From positions 384,001 through 448,000 of the forward strand of contig CAXXDV010000001.1 in NCBI GenBank assembly GCA_963674745.2: 64,000 nucleotides of DNA, in the 5' to 3' direction. The notes beneath the pieces are model-generated. The model was given only the letters and a program-made list of their open reading frames with translations, was not told the DNA's origin and ran no database searches. Positions 29,620-39,331 of the stretch are shown here, in pieces (position 1 is the first letter of the stretch; each line of letters begins with the position of its first letter). The position numbers were made by a program, and so were the translations under genes. Source of the stretch: Desulfosudaceae bacterium (GTDB taxonomy: Bacteria; Desulfobacterota; Desulfobacteria; Desulfobacterales; Desulfosudaceae).

Positions 29620-31128
29620 ATGAAAATCAACATCGGTGATTTTCTTTCCCGGCGGGCGCGGCTCAGCCCGAATAAGGAAGGACTGGTTCTGGGTGATGTA
29701 CGCCTGACCTATGACCAGATGAATCGGCGTTGCAACCGGCTTGCCCAGGCCATGAGAAAACTGGGCATCGGGCAAGGCGACCGGGTGGCCATACTGGCTT
29801 TAAATGACCCGGAATATTTTGATCTTTACTTCGGGCTGGGAAAAATCGGGGCCATCATGGTTCCGCTCAATCACCGGCTGGCCGGCCCCGAGATCGAATA
29901 CATCATCAACGACTGCCAGGCGAAAGTGCTGATTTTCAGCGAGGCCTTTGAATCGGTAGTCGATTCCGTACGCGCGGACACTCCCTGCGAACACATGGTC
30001 GGCACCATGGAAAATCCGCCGGATTATGCCAAAAGCTATGCCGACCTGACCGGGGAAGCATCCGAGGATGAGCCGGAAATCGTTTGTGGTGACGATGATA
30101 CCCTGACCATCCTTTATACCTCGGGCACCACCGGACGGCCCAAAGGCGCACAACTGACCCACAACGGTTATTTCGGTACATCGGTCACCCTGCGGTCCAC
30201 CTTCGGAGAAATCGGCGATGTCATTCTCATGCCCCTGCCCCTGTTTCATATCGGCGCCCTGGCGCCGGTTCCCATGTGTGTTCATTTCGGCATGAAAATG
30301 GTCTTTCAGCAATCATTCGATCCCCATAACTTCCTGGAATTGCTGGGGCGGGAAAAGGTGTCCTGGTTCGGTTCGGTCCCCCAGATTCTCATGTTTCTGC
30401 GCCAGATTCCGGGATATGAAAAATATGACTGGTCCTCGGTAAAAATGGCCCTGGTTTATGCCGCACCGGTGCCGGTGACCCTGATCAAGGCTTATGCCGA
30501 GGCCGGTATCGAAATCCGCCAGCTTTACGGCCTGACCGAATGCACCGGCCCGGCCACGGTGATTGACGGTAAGAATGCCCTTAATAAAGCCGGGTCCTGC
30601 GGCCCGCCCTTTTTCCACAACGACATACGCCTGGTAGACATGAATGGGAAAATTGTTGCCCCAGGTGAAAAAGGGGAAGTACTTATCGCCGGCACCAACC
30701 TGATGAAGGGTTACTGGAACCGTCCCGAGGCCACCGCCGAAACCCTCAAGGACGGGTGGCTCTACACCGGCGACATCGGCATGATGGACGAAGACGGGTT
30801 TTTATACATCCTGGACCGGAAAAAAGACCTGATCATTTCCGGCGGCGAAAACATCTACCCGGCGGAAATCGAAGACATGCTGCTGGGGCATCCGGCTGTC
30901 GCGGACGCGGCCGTGATCGGTTTTGCCGATGAGAAATGGGGTGAATCCATCAAAGCCGTGGTGGTGTTAAAACCGGAAGAATCGCTCACGGAAAATGAAC
31001 TGATCGACTGGTGCCAGGGGAAAATCGGCCGCTTTAAAATCCCCAAAAATGTGGTTTTCACCGACCAGATTCCCCGGACCCCCACCGGCAAAATCCTCAA
31101 GCGAGTGCTCAGGGACCAGTATAATTAA
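29620..31128 (+). CDS. Long-chain fatty-acid--CoA ligase (ANL family)
   Basis: YTSGTTGRPKG; YGLTE; GWLYTGD; DRKKDLIISGGENIYP; PRTPTGK. Confidence 0.9.
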   Translation: MKINIGDFLSRRARLSPNKEGLVLGDVRLTYDQMNRRCNRLAQAMRKLGIGQGDRVAILALNDPEYFDLYFGLGKIGAIMVPLNHRLAGPEIEYIINDCQAKVLIFSEAFESVVDSVRADTPCEHMVGTMENPPDYAKSYADLTGEASEDEPEIVCGDDDTLTILYTSGTTGRPKGAQLTHNGYFGTSVTLRSTFGEIGDVILMPLPLFHIGALAPVPMCVHFGMKMVFQQSFDPHNFLELLGREKVSWFGSVPQILMFLRQIPGYEKYDWSSVKMALVYAAPVPVTLIKAYAEAGIEIRQLYGLTECTGPATVIDGKNALNKAGSCGPPFFHNDIRLVDMNGKIVAPGEKGEVLIAGTNLMKGYWNRPEATAETLKDGWLYTGDIGMMDEDGFLYILDRKKDLIISGGENIYPAEIEDMLLGHPAVADAAVIGFADEKWGESIKAVVVLKPEESLTENELIDWCQGKIGRFKIPKNVVFTDQIPRTPTGKILKRVLRDQYN

Positions 31129-32805
31129 TTATCCGTTCTTCCAGTCCACCAGTTCGGTCAGCACCATCATGCCGTCGTGGCTCTGGCCCGAAAAAATGGT
31201 GCCGCTCTGCCCGACGTCGAGCACATTGCTGACACCGGCAGTGGCCACGGCATCACGGAGCTGCTCTTTGCGATCGGGCGGGAAAATGCTGACCGTGGAC
31301 ACCCCGTGATGCAGGTATGGCAGGGCGTCGGACAGGGATTGGACCTGGCGGACAATCACCATGCGCTGCATGGTCAGACAGGACAGGGGAAACTCCCGTT
31401 TGACCACGATGACGCCGGATGCGAATTTCCCGTCCCGTTTGTTGACATACCAGTCGGCATCGATGAGCATGCCCCGCATCAAACGTTTGATCTCACCTTC
31501 AAAAAACGGTTCGATATAATTTGGCGCATAATCATCAAAAAGGGCCAGGGCCTGCTGCAGGGCTTCGGCATAGGCCTGAAGCTGATCGTCATCCCCTTCC
31601 ACATAATGAATCTGTGAGGCAATACAGGCTTTCTGGTTGGCCACCAGCGAGTCGGCCACGGTTTTGGCGGCCAGAACGTTCAGGTCATTCCCGAAGGCTT
31701 CTTTGCCGATCATGGTAAGGCCGTAACGGGGGTTGAAGGTCAGGACCTTGGTGAACACGGCCCGTTTCTTGACTGACTCCACGGCGTCGGGCGCGCCCCA
31801 GACAACAATCCGGTCAAAACTTTCAGGCATGAAAAAAGCCGATTCAATGGCTTCATCCCCTCCAGGCCAATACACGATGGACAGGTTTTTTGTAACGGGG
31901 TGGTCCGGCCGGGCGGCGACCAGGGCCAGGGCCAGCAGGGCGCCCGGCATGGTGGCGCCGTATGGGGATTTGATTACGGCCGGTGATTTGGTCAATACCG
32001 CCCGCAAGGCCGAAAAAAAGGGGATTTGCGGGGCGTTGCCGGCGGTGATGTGAAGCTGGCGGGTGGGCATGGCCCGCATGACCGGCACACGGGGCTGCCA
32101 GACCTTGTCAGGGTCCTTGAATATTTCAGTGGCCATAAGATTGACCGGCGCGGGAAGCACAGACGCGTCTTCAAGGGGGACCCAACCGTCCAGAAAACGG
32201 GATCCAGGGATATCCCAGGTGCACAGGTCCCGGTCCACCATCTGGCGGGCAACGGTTTCATCAAGCAGCAGTTCAATGGTATCAAATCCTGCCTGGTGCC
32301 ATTTGTCGGGCAAAATGGCTGTCCGAACGGTTACGTCCTTAACATAATCTAAAAGAGACCGGCTTTCAGCAAACACCTCGCGGATGCCGCGCATCAGATC
32401 GATGACGCCGTCAAACGGCATGTTATAAAGGTCACGACAAAGCATACCCAGATCTTTTTCAATCACTTCGGCCGCTTCAAACACCGGCATGACCGAATAG
32501 ACATAATCACCGGTATTGGTCATGGTGACACGATCGATGACCGGTTCCCGGGTCACCTGGACATTGCCTGTCCTGACATGAGTGACGGCGGCGGAGACAG
32601 AACGGTTTGCTTCCTTGGCCGCAAAAACCTGTTTAATCGTGTCGATATTAATCCGCTCAGGCACCCGGATATCGCCCTTGATCAGAAAAGGGATGCGCTG
32701 GATATTGTTTGCGTCGGGCTGCAACAGGTTGTGTTCCCGGCAGATTTCCCCCATACGGCCGGTCAGAAAATCCTGAGTGTTCTGTTTTTCCTTTAAATCG
32801 TCCAT
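31129..32805 (-). CDS. LuxC-like acyl-CoA/acyl-protein reductase (ALDH fold)
   Basis: HITAGNAP; IKSP; IVYWPGG; IVVWGA; FNPRYG; NQKACIASQ (catalytic Cys); HDGMMVLTELVDW. GGAGG RBS precedes ATG 32805. Confidence 0.8.
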   Translation of the reverse strand: MDDLKEKQNTQDFLTGRMGEICREHNLLQPDANNIQRIPFLIKGDIRVPERINIDTIKQVFAAKEANRSVSAAVTHVRTGNVQVTREPVIDRVTMTNTGDYVYSVMPVFEAAEVIEKDLGMLCRDLYNMPFDGVIDLMRGIREVFAESRSLLDYVKDVTVRTAILPDKWHQAGFDTIELLLDETVARQMVDRDLCTWDIPGSRFLDGWVPLEDASVLPAPVNLMATEIFKDPDKVWQPRVPVMRAMPTRQLHITAGNAPQIPFFSALRAVLTKSPAVIKSPYGATMPGALLALALVAARPDHPVTKNLSIVYWPGGDEAIESAFFMPESFDRIVVWGAPDAVESVKKRAVFTKVLTFNPRYGLTMIGKEAFGNDLNVLAAKTVADSLVANQKACIASQIHYVEGDDDQLQAYAEALQQALALFDDYAPNYIEPFFEGEIKRLMRGMLIDADWYVNKRDGKFASGVIVVKREFPLSCLTMQRMVIVRQVQSLSDALPYLHHGVSTVSIFPPDRKEQLRDAVATAGVSNVLDVGQSGTIFSGQSHDGMMVLTELVDWKNG

Positions 32806-32865
32806 ACTTTCCTCCGAAAACATTAACTTATTTTTTTATGCTCTTTTTCAGCTTCGTTGGTTTAA

Positions 32866-32958
32866 AGGGTTCAAGGATTCGAGGTTTCGAGGGGTCAAGG
32901 GGTGTTGATGCCCTAATCTGTTTTGCTGTTCCCTCGACCCCTTGGCCCCTTGAATCCT
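32866..32958. repeat. Inverted array of degenerate 8-mers (AGGATTCA-like) forming a long hairpin
   Basis: Left arm agggttca-aggattcg-aggtttcg-aggggtca; right arm ccctcgacc-ccttggcc-ccttgaatcct has the reverse-complement pattern. Confidence 0.65.
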
Positions 32959-33005
32959 GACAATCGCATCGGCTTAATTAACGAATTGGTTAAAGTCGTA
33001 ATTGG

Positions 33006-33127
33006 GATGGCAAAGTAAGAGGCTCAAAATCAAGGCGTGCAAATCTCGAGGAATGCAGCGTACAAAAAGTACGTGAACGACGAGAGATGAAGCGCAACGC
33101 AGAGTTTGAGCTTCTTTCGAAGCCATC
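33006..33127. repeat. MITE/REP-like inverted-repeat element, copy C
   Basis: 23-bp imperfect terminal inverted repeat GATGGCAAAGTAAGAGGCTCAAA / GATGGCTTCGAAAGAAGCTCAAA; central CGTAC-aaaaa-GTACG hairpin; CACGCCTTGA on the minus strand. Confidence 0.75.
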
Positions 33128-34553
33128 AGGCATTTATCTTAGCCATAATCCCCCCACACCCCTTAACCTCGCGGCCGGCACTCCTTTCAATGGACAGAAT
33201 CATCGGTCCGGAACGGCCGCAGGGACAGGGTTGATTGACCCGCCGCACGGTATCACCGGTGATCAGAAACCCGGGATAACTTTCCGCAAAAGGGTCGATA
33301 ATGCCGAGGGTTCCCGTGACGTCATCTCCCTCAATGGGCTTGAGTGTTTCATCCAGAATGACCGTTTCAAAATGCGGCGGCACATGATAGCGTTTGTGGC
33401 TGCAGCGCAGCATCAGCCCGTGTATTTCCGTCATGGAATAGCCTTCGGCCACATACCTGGGCTCAAGGCCGAAGGTGTCGCTCAGCAACCCGATCAGTTC
33501 CTCTTCCGGAATCCGTTTACCGTCAAACGATTTCCAGCCTCCGCCGAAAATCACCCCGCTGCCTTTTTTCACTTTCAAGGTAATGTTTCTGGCCTTGATT
33601 TTCTGGCAGATCTCCAGCAGCAGGTAGGGGGTTCCGAAGATAATCACCCGGCGCCTCCGTCTGACGGATTTCTCCAGGGCATGGATCATGCGGTCGTAAT
33701 TTTCTTCCTTGTTTAAAACCGTTGCCTTCAGGAATTCATCAGCCAGGGCCTGCTCTTCAGGTGATCCGGCACCCCGGATAATGCCCCGCACCGCGGCCGG
33801 CGACAGATCCATGTCATACAGAAAAAAAGAAGAACCGCAGTATTTTCCGATTTCCTGGCCCACCAGCTGGATGCCCTGGTTGCCACCGGAAAAATTGCAG
33901 AAATACCCGTCAAAATCCTTTAAGAAAAAACGCCCGAAACGATCGGCCATATTCAAAAAGGTGTCCGGCGAAATCCGCTTGACCAGCAGTTTCAGCAGAG
34001 CATGCTTCCAGGCCGGAACCATGCCCTGCTCGGCGATCACCAGGGGAAGATAGATCAGCGGTGTTTTTAAAAAATGGTCCCAGGTGGGATTGTCCCGGGG
34101 AACAAAAGACATGTTGCCGGACGTTCCCGAAGAGAAGACCAGATTCATACCGTCTTCGGCCAGGCCATCGATCCACTGGTCAAGATTATTGATGTCCGGG
34201 GAGGGGTGGTTCAAATTCGCGGTACTGATTTGTGACAGCCAGGCGGTCATACCGGCAAAGTCCCGGGTGTCGATCAGGGCCTGTGGGTATGATTTAAAAA
34301 TATCGTCGGTCACCATGAGATTTGAAAGAATGTTATCAAACCCGGGATCTTCGACATCCATGTCGGCCATGTGGCAGACCTTTTGATAATAGGGAATCTT
34401 TTTCCGGTATCGCCGGTGATTGAGTTCAGCGGCCCGCCGTCTCAATTGCCGGGCCTTGTCTTCATCATGCGTTTTGTCCGCGGCCCAGTTCATTACCAGC
34501 CGTTTCAACCCGTCATGTACGGCCTTGAGTTCATGATCAATGGTTGTGTTCAT
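33126..34553 (-). CDS. LuxE-like acyl-protein synthetase (LuxE/PaaK family)
   Basis: DIFKSYP; FSSGTSG; FGTPY; GGGWKSF; YSMTE; YPGFLITGD; CPCGR; C-terminal GREVKGCG (acylated Cys position in LuxE). Confidence 0.82.
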   Translation of the reverse strand: MNTTIDHELKAVHDGLKRLVMNWAADKTHDEDKARQLRRRAAELNHRRYRKKIPYYQKVCHMADMDVEDPGFDNILSNLMVTDDIFKSYPQALIDTRDFAGMTAWLSQISTANLNHPSPDINNLDQWIDGLAEDGMNLVFSSGTSGNMSFVPRDNPTWDHFLKTPLIYLPLVIAEQGMVPAWKHALLKLLVKRISPDTFLNMADRFGRFFLKDFDGYFCNFSGGNQGIQLVGQEIGKYCGSSFFLYDMDLSPAAVRGIIRGAGSPEEQALADEFLKATVLNKEENYDRMIHALEKSVRRRRRVIIFGTPYLLLEICQKIKARNITLKVKKGSGVIFGGGWKSFDGKRIPEEELIGLLSDTFGLEPRYVAEGYSMTEIHGLMLRCSHKRYHVPPHFETVILDETLKPIEGDDVTGTLGIIDPFAESYPGFLITGDTVRRVNQPCPCGRSGPMILSIERSAGREVKGCGGIMAKINA

Positions 34554-34627
34554 ATCTCCCCTCCGCTATATTTTCAGACTGGAAACAATATTTTTGTTGA
34601 CAAAATTCATAATTTTGAATATGAGTA

Positions 34628-34656
34628 AGAATAATGAACACGGTTCATAATGTCAA
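34628..34656 (-). promoter_or_regulatory. Sigma70 promoter for the luxE/luxC-like genes with a palindromic operator in the spacer
   Basis: Minus strand TTGACA, 17 bp, TATTCT. The spacer contains ATGAAC-acg-GTTCAT (34634-34648). A second TTGACA at 34597 on the plus strand faces tetR. Confidence 0.6.
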
Positions 34657-34674
34657 GAAAAAAATGGGGGACAG

Positions 34675-35298
34675 GTGAAAACAACTGTTTTTAATCAGAT
34701 TCGGGCGCAGGAAAAAGAGAGCCGGCGACAGGTGATCTCCGCCCTGGCCGAGGAGATACTGGCCCAAAAGGGTATTACCGGCGTTACCATCCGCGATGTG
34801 GCTGAAGCCGCCGGCCTTTCTACCGGCGCCATTTATATGTATTTTAAAAACAAGGAAGAAATTTTTGTGCACATCCTGGCCAACGGCTTGCAGAAGCTGG
34901 AGCAGGACCTTAAAAAAAGCATGGTCCATGAAAACCTGCCGGATATCCTCAGGTCCATGGCCGAACATTACAAAACCTATTACCTTAAAATCGGTAAATA
35001 CATCGACCTGGTTGAACTCCTGACCGAAGACGGCGAGGGGACGACTAAAGTTGAGGCCGACCTCATGCAGACCCTCCGGGATCAACTGGCGTCCATTTTC
35101 GAATGGCTGGAAAAACAGATGGCACAACCGGAAATCGCCAGACAATTAAAAGGGGTCCCGCCCAAACGGGTGGTGCCGGTGTTGTGGAGCATGGTCACGG
35201 GTTTAAGCCATATCACCCTGCCCTCACCCCGCTCCCGGGAAGGTGGCTTTGATTTTGATCAGACCCTGGAAGACATGATGACAATCATAATGAAATAA
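34675..35298 (+). CDS. TetR/AcrR family transcriptional regulator
   Basis: TIRDVAEAAGLSTGAIYMYFKNKEEIF helix-turn-helix. Confidence 0.93.
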   Translation: MKTTVFNQIRAQEKESRRQVISALAEEILAQKGITGVTIRDVAEAAGLSTGAIYMYFKNKEEIFVHILANGLQKLEQDLKKSMVHENLPDILRSMAEHYKTYYLKIGKYIDLVELLTEDGEGTTKVEADLMQTLRDQLASIFEWLEKQMAQPEIARQLKGVPPKRVVPVLWSMVTGLSHITLPSPRSREGGFDFDQTLEDMMTIIMK

Positions 35299-35889
35299 TT
35301 ACGACTGCACCATTCCCAACGCCCACTTTGCTTTATCTACTTCAGGCGCTTGGTATGCTTTCATCTTTTGAATCAATATTTCCGGATCATGGTCCATGAG
35401 CACCAATGAACGGCAATCTTTTCCGATGAACCGCTGACTTACCGCATGGTCTAAAAAGTCTGTCAGTCTGTCAAAATAGCCATTGACGTTTAAAATTCCG
35501 CACGGCTTCTGGTGAATGCCCAGTTGTGCCCAGGTTAACACTTCAAAAAACTCCTCTATGGTGCCGAGGCCGCCCGGCATCGCGATAAAGCCGTCAGACA
35601 GTTCAGCCATCAGCGATTTTCTTTCGTGCATGGTATCGACAACACGCAAATCCGTCAGGTAGGTACAGGCCACTTCTTTGTCAAAAAGCGCTTTGGGTAT
35701 GACGCCGACGACTTCCCCGTTGTTTTCCATAAAGGTATTGGCGATAACGCCCATCAATCCCACACCGGCACCACCGTAAACCAGAGAAAGATTATGGCCG
35801 AGCAGCGCCAGGCCCAGCTTTCCGGCCGCATCCATGTATTGATCGCCTGTTCCTGGACTCGATCCACAAAAAACACATATCCGTTTCAT
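35299..35889 (-). CDS. LOG family nucleotide 5'-monophosphate phosphoribohydrolase
   Basis: ICVFCGSS; LVYGG..GLMG; MHERK; PGGLGTIEE. Confidence 0.92.
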   Translation of the reverse strand: MKRICVFCGSSPGTGDQYMDAAGKLGLALLGHNLSLVYGGAGVGLMGVIANTFMENNGEVVGVIPKALFDKEVACTYLTDLRVVDTMHERKSLMAELSDGFIAMPGGLGTIEEFFEVLTWAQLGIHQKPCGILNVNGYFDRLTDFLDHAVSQRFIGKDCRSLVLMDHDPEILIQKMKAYQAPEVDKAKWALGMVQS

Positions 35890-35905
35890 ATCAATCCTTT
35901 GAATT

Positions 35906-36256
35906 TTATTTCAGCTTGGGATTGTTTCGCTGACGATCTTTATCCCGCCCGGTCTTTTTCTCAAAATTCTTTTCAATGGCCCGGGTCAGGTCTACCCCGG
36001 TCTGGTTGGCCAGGCAGCACACCACAAACAGAACATCCGCCAGTTCATCGGCCAGGTCGGAAGGCTCGTCGCCGGGTTTGGCGCACTGGTCCCCATAAGT
36101 CCGGGTCAGGATCCGGGCCAACTCCCCGACTTCTTCCATGAGAATGCCGAGGTTGGTCAACTCGCTGAAATAACGAACACCCAACGTCCGAATCCATTGA
36201 TCCACCTGCGCCTGATAATCGTTTATGGTCAATTCACCCGGTCGATCTTTTTTCAA
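35906..36256 (-). CDS. MazG-like nucleotide pyrophosphohydrolase (YpjD type)
   Basis: YFSELTN..LMEEVGELAR; DELADV; LANQTGVDL. Confidence 0.88.
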   Translation of the reverse strand: MKKDRPGELTINDYQAQVDQWIRTLGVRYFSELTNLGILMEEVGELARILTRTYGDQCAKPGDEPSDLADELADVLFVVCCLANQTGVDLTRAIEKNFEKKTGRDKDRQRNNPKLK

Positions 36257-36353
36257 ATCAAACCTCCTGCCTGAAGATTAACCGCCAACACGTCTGCCAA
36301 AAAAAATGAACACAACGCCGACAGGGAGTAAAAAGCAATTTTCTAAGCGGTTC

Positions 36354-37400
36354 TTAAGGTTCGCACGCCTGTATCGCCTGAATCCGCTCGGCCAGGACCT
36401 CTTCCAGGCTGCGCTCTCCCATCAGCATCAACTCTACGATCTGACCGTCTTTTAAAAGCTTTTGCCCCAGATCGGGGCGGGCGGCCAGCATGCGGGCCAG
36501 TTCCGGGTCGTTGAGCCATTTTTCCGGATCCGGACTTTCGAACATGATTTTAAAGCCATTCTTGATTTCGGCCAGGACACGGGCATAAGTCACCCCGCCG
36601 GTGCAGATGCGTTCGATCGCCTGCGGATCTGAAAAAATCAGCCCCGCTACTCTGGCGTTATCAAAATATCCGGCCAGGCGTTTTTTGAGAATACGCTCGA
36701 CAGCCGCCCGGTCCTTGATCATTCTTTCCACTTTTCTGAAGTCGGCCGTAGTCCGGGCCCGTTTTTCATAAACAGGATCCGTCACCATTTCCCGTATGCC
36801 TTCCAGGTTCTGCAAAGGATGCCAGCGGGCCCGCCAGTTGGCCAGCCCTTTGGGAAGGTCCCCGCCTGAATCCACCCGCTGGGAATAGCTGACCCGCGTC
36901 TTATCACGGCCGATGTATTCCAGAAGATAGCTGCCGTTTAAAAACGGCACGCGCACCAGATCCCTGTCTTCCGGCCGATTCGGCTCGTTTATGCCTTTAA
37001 AGCGGATCATGCAGCGGGCGTTTTCATCATCGAATTCCATATCATTGCGCACATACACCACCCTGTCTTTAATCGGCCAGGGGGTACAGGTGACAATCCG
37101 GACCACCATCCGATAATAATCGAGATCACGTATGACTCCGGCCTCTTTGCAGTCAGCCAACCACATGGGATAACTTGGGATATCACGCAACACCTGGCCG
37201 ACGACTTCGATTTTGGCATCAACCAGGGCCACGGCCTTAAATTCGCGGATAGGGGAATCCGGATAGGTTCGCTGAAAGCCGTAGACACCGTCTTTCTCGT
37301 AAATGGGAATCCATTCGGAGGGATTGTCCGCCCGGGAAGGACCCGTTAAAAAAAATAATACACATAACGCGACAACCGTCATTTTTATTTTCTCAAACAT
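36354..37400 (-). CDS. Exported START/SRPBCC lipid-binding domain protein
   Basis: Signal peptide from ATG 37400; W..IYEKDGV; SPIREFKA; PWPIKDR; DSGGDLP..LAN. Confidence 0.7.
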   Translation of the reverse strand: MFEKIKMTVVALCVLFFLTGPSRADNPSEWIPIYEKDGVYGFQRTYPDSPIREFKAVALVDAKIEVVGQVLRDIPSYPMWLADCKEAGVIRDLDYYRMVVRIVTCTPWPIKDRVVYVRNDMEFDDENARCMIRFKGINEPNRPEDRDLVRVPFLNGSYLLEYIGRDKTRVSYSQRVDSGGDLPKGLANWRARWHPLQNLEGIREMVTDPVYEKRARTTADFRKVERMIKDRAAVERILKKRLAGYFDNARVAGLIFSDPQAIERICTGGVTYARVLAEIKNGFKIMFESPDPEKWLNDPELARMLAARPDLGQKLLKDGQIVELMLMGERSLEEVLAERIQAIQACEP

Positions 37401-37592
37401 GTGCACATCCTGAAAAATACAACGTGTTAAACCGGAACAAAACAGTGAATATAAAGCTGACTGTTTAGCATATAAATATTTTGCATGCAAGGATCGGTTC
37501 TGGGGGGATATTATGGTAGAATTATCAATCACGAACCGTTTATTTTTTCAGATAAGGAATGAACCTCAGCAACAATCGACAAAGGGGGCGCC

Positions 37593-38237
37593 ATGAATTA
37601 TTTTAAAAATCTGGCCGGAAACGGCATAAACGTCGAACCGCCGGAGACAAAGGTCCTGGGGGTCGGCGGAAGCCCCAGGAAAGGCGGTAATTCCGATGTC
37701 CTCCTGGATGGCGTGCTAAAGGGGGTCACCGCCCGTGACATCAGCGCCGTTACGGTTCATCTCCGGGATCATCAGTTTACAGGCTGCATCGGGTGTGAAA
37801 AATGCCGAAAAGATAAAATCTGTACCGGCTTGAAAGACGGCATGTCCCTTGTTTACCCGGACCTGATTGAATCCCGGGGCCTGGTGCTGGCCTGCCCCAC
37901 CCACAACTACAATATCACGGCCTGGATGAAAGCCTTTATCGACCGGATGTATTGTTTTTATCATTTTGATAAAAACCGGCCCCGTGGATGGTCGAGCCGC
38001 CTGGCCGATCAGGGTCGCAAGGCGGTGCTGGTGGCCGTCTGCGAGCAGGTCAATAAAGCAGACATGGGTTTCACCCTTGAGGCCATGCGGGTTCCCCTGA
38101 CCGCCCTGGGATATAAAATCATCGGTGAGCTGCCGGTGTTCGGCATTTTCGACAAAGGAAAAGTCAAAAAACACGACGACATCCTGGCAAAAGCCGGGAA
38201 GCTTGGCGCTGATCTGGCGGAATCGCTTGCGGCGTAA
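37593..38237 (+). CDS. Iron-sulfur flavoprotein / NADPH-dependent FMN reductase family
   Basis: GSPRKGGNS; CIGCEKC..C; PTH..MKAFIDR. Confidence 0.88.
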   Translation: MNYFKNLAGNGINVEPPETKVLGVGGSPRKGGNSDVLLDGVLKGVTARDISAVTVHLRDHQFTGCIGCEKCRKDKICTGLKDGMSLVYPDLIESRGLVLACPTHNYNITAWMKAFIDRMYCFYHFDKNRPRGWSSRLADQGRKAVLVAVCEQVNKADMGFTLEAMRVPLTALGYKIIGELPVFGIFDKGKVKKHDDILAKAGKLGADLAESLAA

Positions 38238-38263
38238 TCTTATTAAAAAAGAAAGGAAAGCCC

Positions 38264-38866
38264 ATGAAAATCATCGGCATCAATGCCAGCCCGAGAAAAA
38301 ACGCCAATACAGAGACCCTGGTGAATACGATGTTGGCGGGCGCCGCGGAAAAAGGCGCCGAAACCCGGCTGGTTAACCTGCGGGACCTGACAATCAACGG
38401 CTGCCGTGGCTGCGAAGGCTGCAAAAAGCAGTTGGGCAAGTGCGTCCAGAAAGATGATTTAACCACCCTGATGCAGGACATGGCCGGTTATGACGCCATT
38501 ATTCTGGGAACGCCGGTATACTGGTACCATGTATCCGCGCAGTTCAAAATGCTGGCCGACCGGCTGTACAGTTTTATCGAGATCAGCGAAGACCCGGAAA
38601 CCGGCGAGCAGTCTTTCAAATCCGCATTTCCGGCCGGCAGAAAAATGGTCCTGGTCATTTCCCGCGGCGATCCGGAACCGCCGGCGGCCTTTTCTCAGTT
38701 TTACGACCACCTCAATGAATGGCTGAACGTTATTCCGTTGTCATTGGGGGCCGGGCACTATGAAATTTTTCATCAATACGGGGCCCACCTGGACCGGAAA
38801 GCGGCCAAAAACGACTCAGACTTGCTTGAAAAAGCCCGGGCCACCGGCGCCGGCCTGGTGGATTAA
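38264..38866 (+). CDS. Iron-sulfur flavoprotein / NADPH-dependent FMN reductase family
   Basis: ASPRKNANT; CRGCEGC..C; GTPVYW..FKMLADR. Confidence 0.88.
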   Translation: MKIIGINASPRKNANTETLVNTMLAGAAEKGAETRLVNLRDLTINGCRGCEGCKKQLGKCVQKDDLTTLMQDMAGYDAIILGTPVYWYHVSAQFKMLADRLYSFIEISEDPETGEQSFKSAFPAGRKMVLVISRGDPEPPAAFSQFYDHLNEWLNVIPLSLGAGHYEIFHQYGAHLDRKAAKNDSDLLEKARATGAGLVD

Positions 38867-38990
38867 GGATAATCCCCCCCATTTGACCCGGATATTTCAC
38901 GAGTCGTTTTAGGCCTTGGCCGCTTGGGCATACCTGCACGGCGCAGGTCGAACATTACATTATCTACCGCGAGCGGCCTGTCTCACAACT

Positions 38991-39127
38991 CGTCATCCCG
39001 CCAGTGGAACAAAGTGGAACGCTGACCGGCGCCACTCCTCGTCATCCCGGCCAGTGAAGCAACGGAACGCCCTCTCTTCGTCATCCCGGCCAGTGGAGCG
39101 AAGCGGAACGTGAGCCGGGATCCAGTA
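38991..39127 (+). repeat. Three tandem REP-like units (CGTCATCCCGGCCAGTGGAGCGAAGCGGAACG...)
   Basis: Units start at 38991, 39040 and 39079. Only the third keeps the closing CCGGGAT arm. Confidence 0.8.
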
Positions 39128-39331
39128 TAAAATTGATATGATACATTCACTTTACAAATGTTCTTTCAAGTGCCTTCCGGACTCCCCTTCAATATATGGT
39201 GGCTTCAAAAATATTGACCCACAAGACCGACCTTGCTATAAATATTGAGGGCTTATAAGGGGTTGGAACGCCACCGGATCATTCCTTGAAACAGATTAAA
39301 AGCGCCTACCGCACAGGGAATTGAATATTTT

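Noticed and set aside
31129..34553. Bioluminescence operon
   Set aside because: No luxA, luxB or luxD in the window, and luciferase needs oxygen whereas the gene content indicates an anaerobe.
38991..39127. Possible mini-CRISPR array
   Set aside because: Units are degenerate, spacers are very short and unequal, and no cas genes are present. It fits REP-like repeats better.
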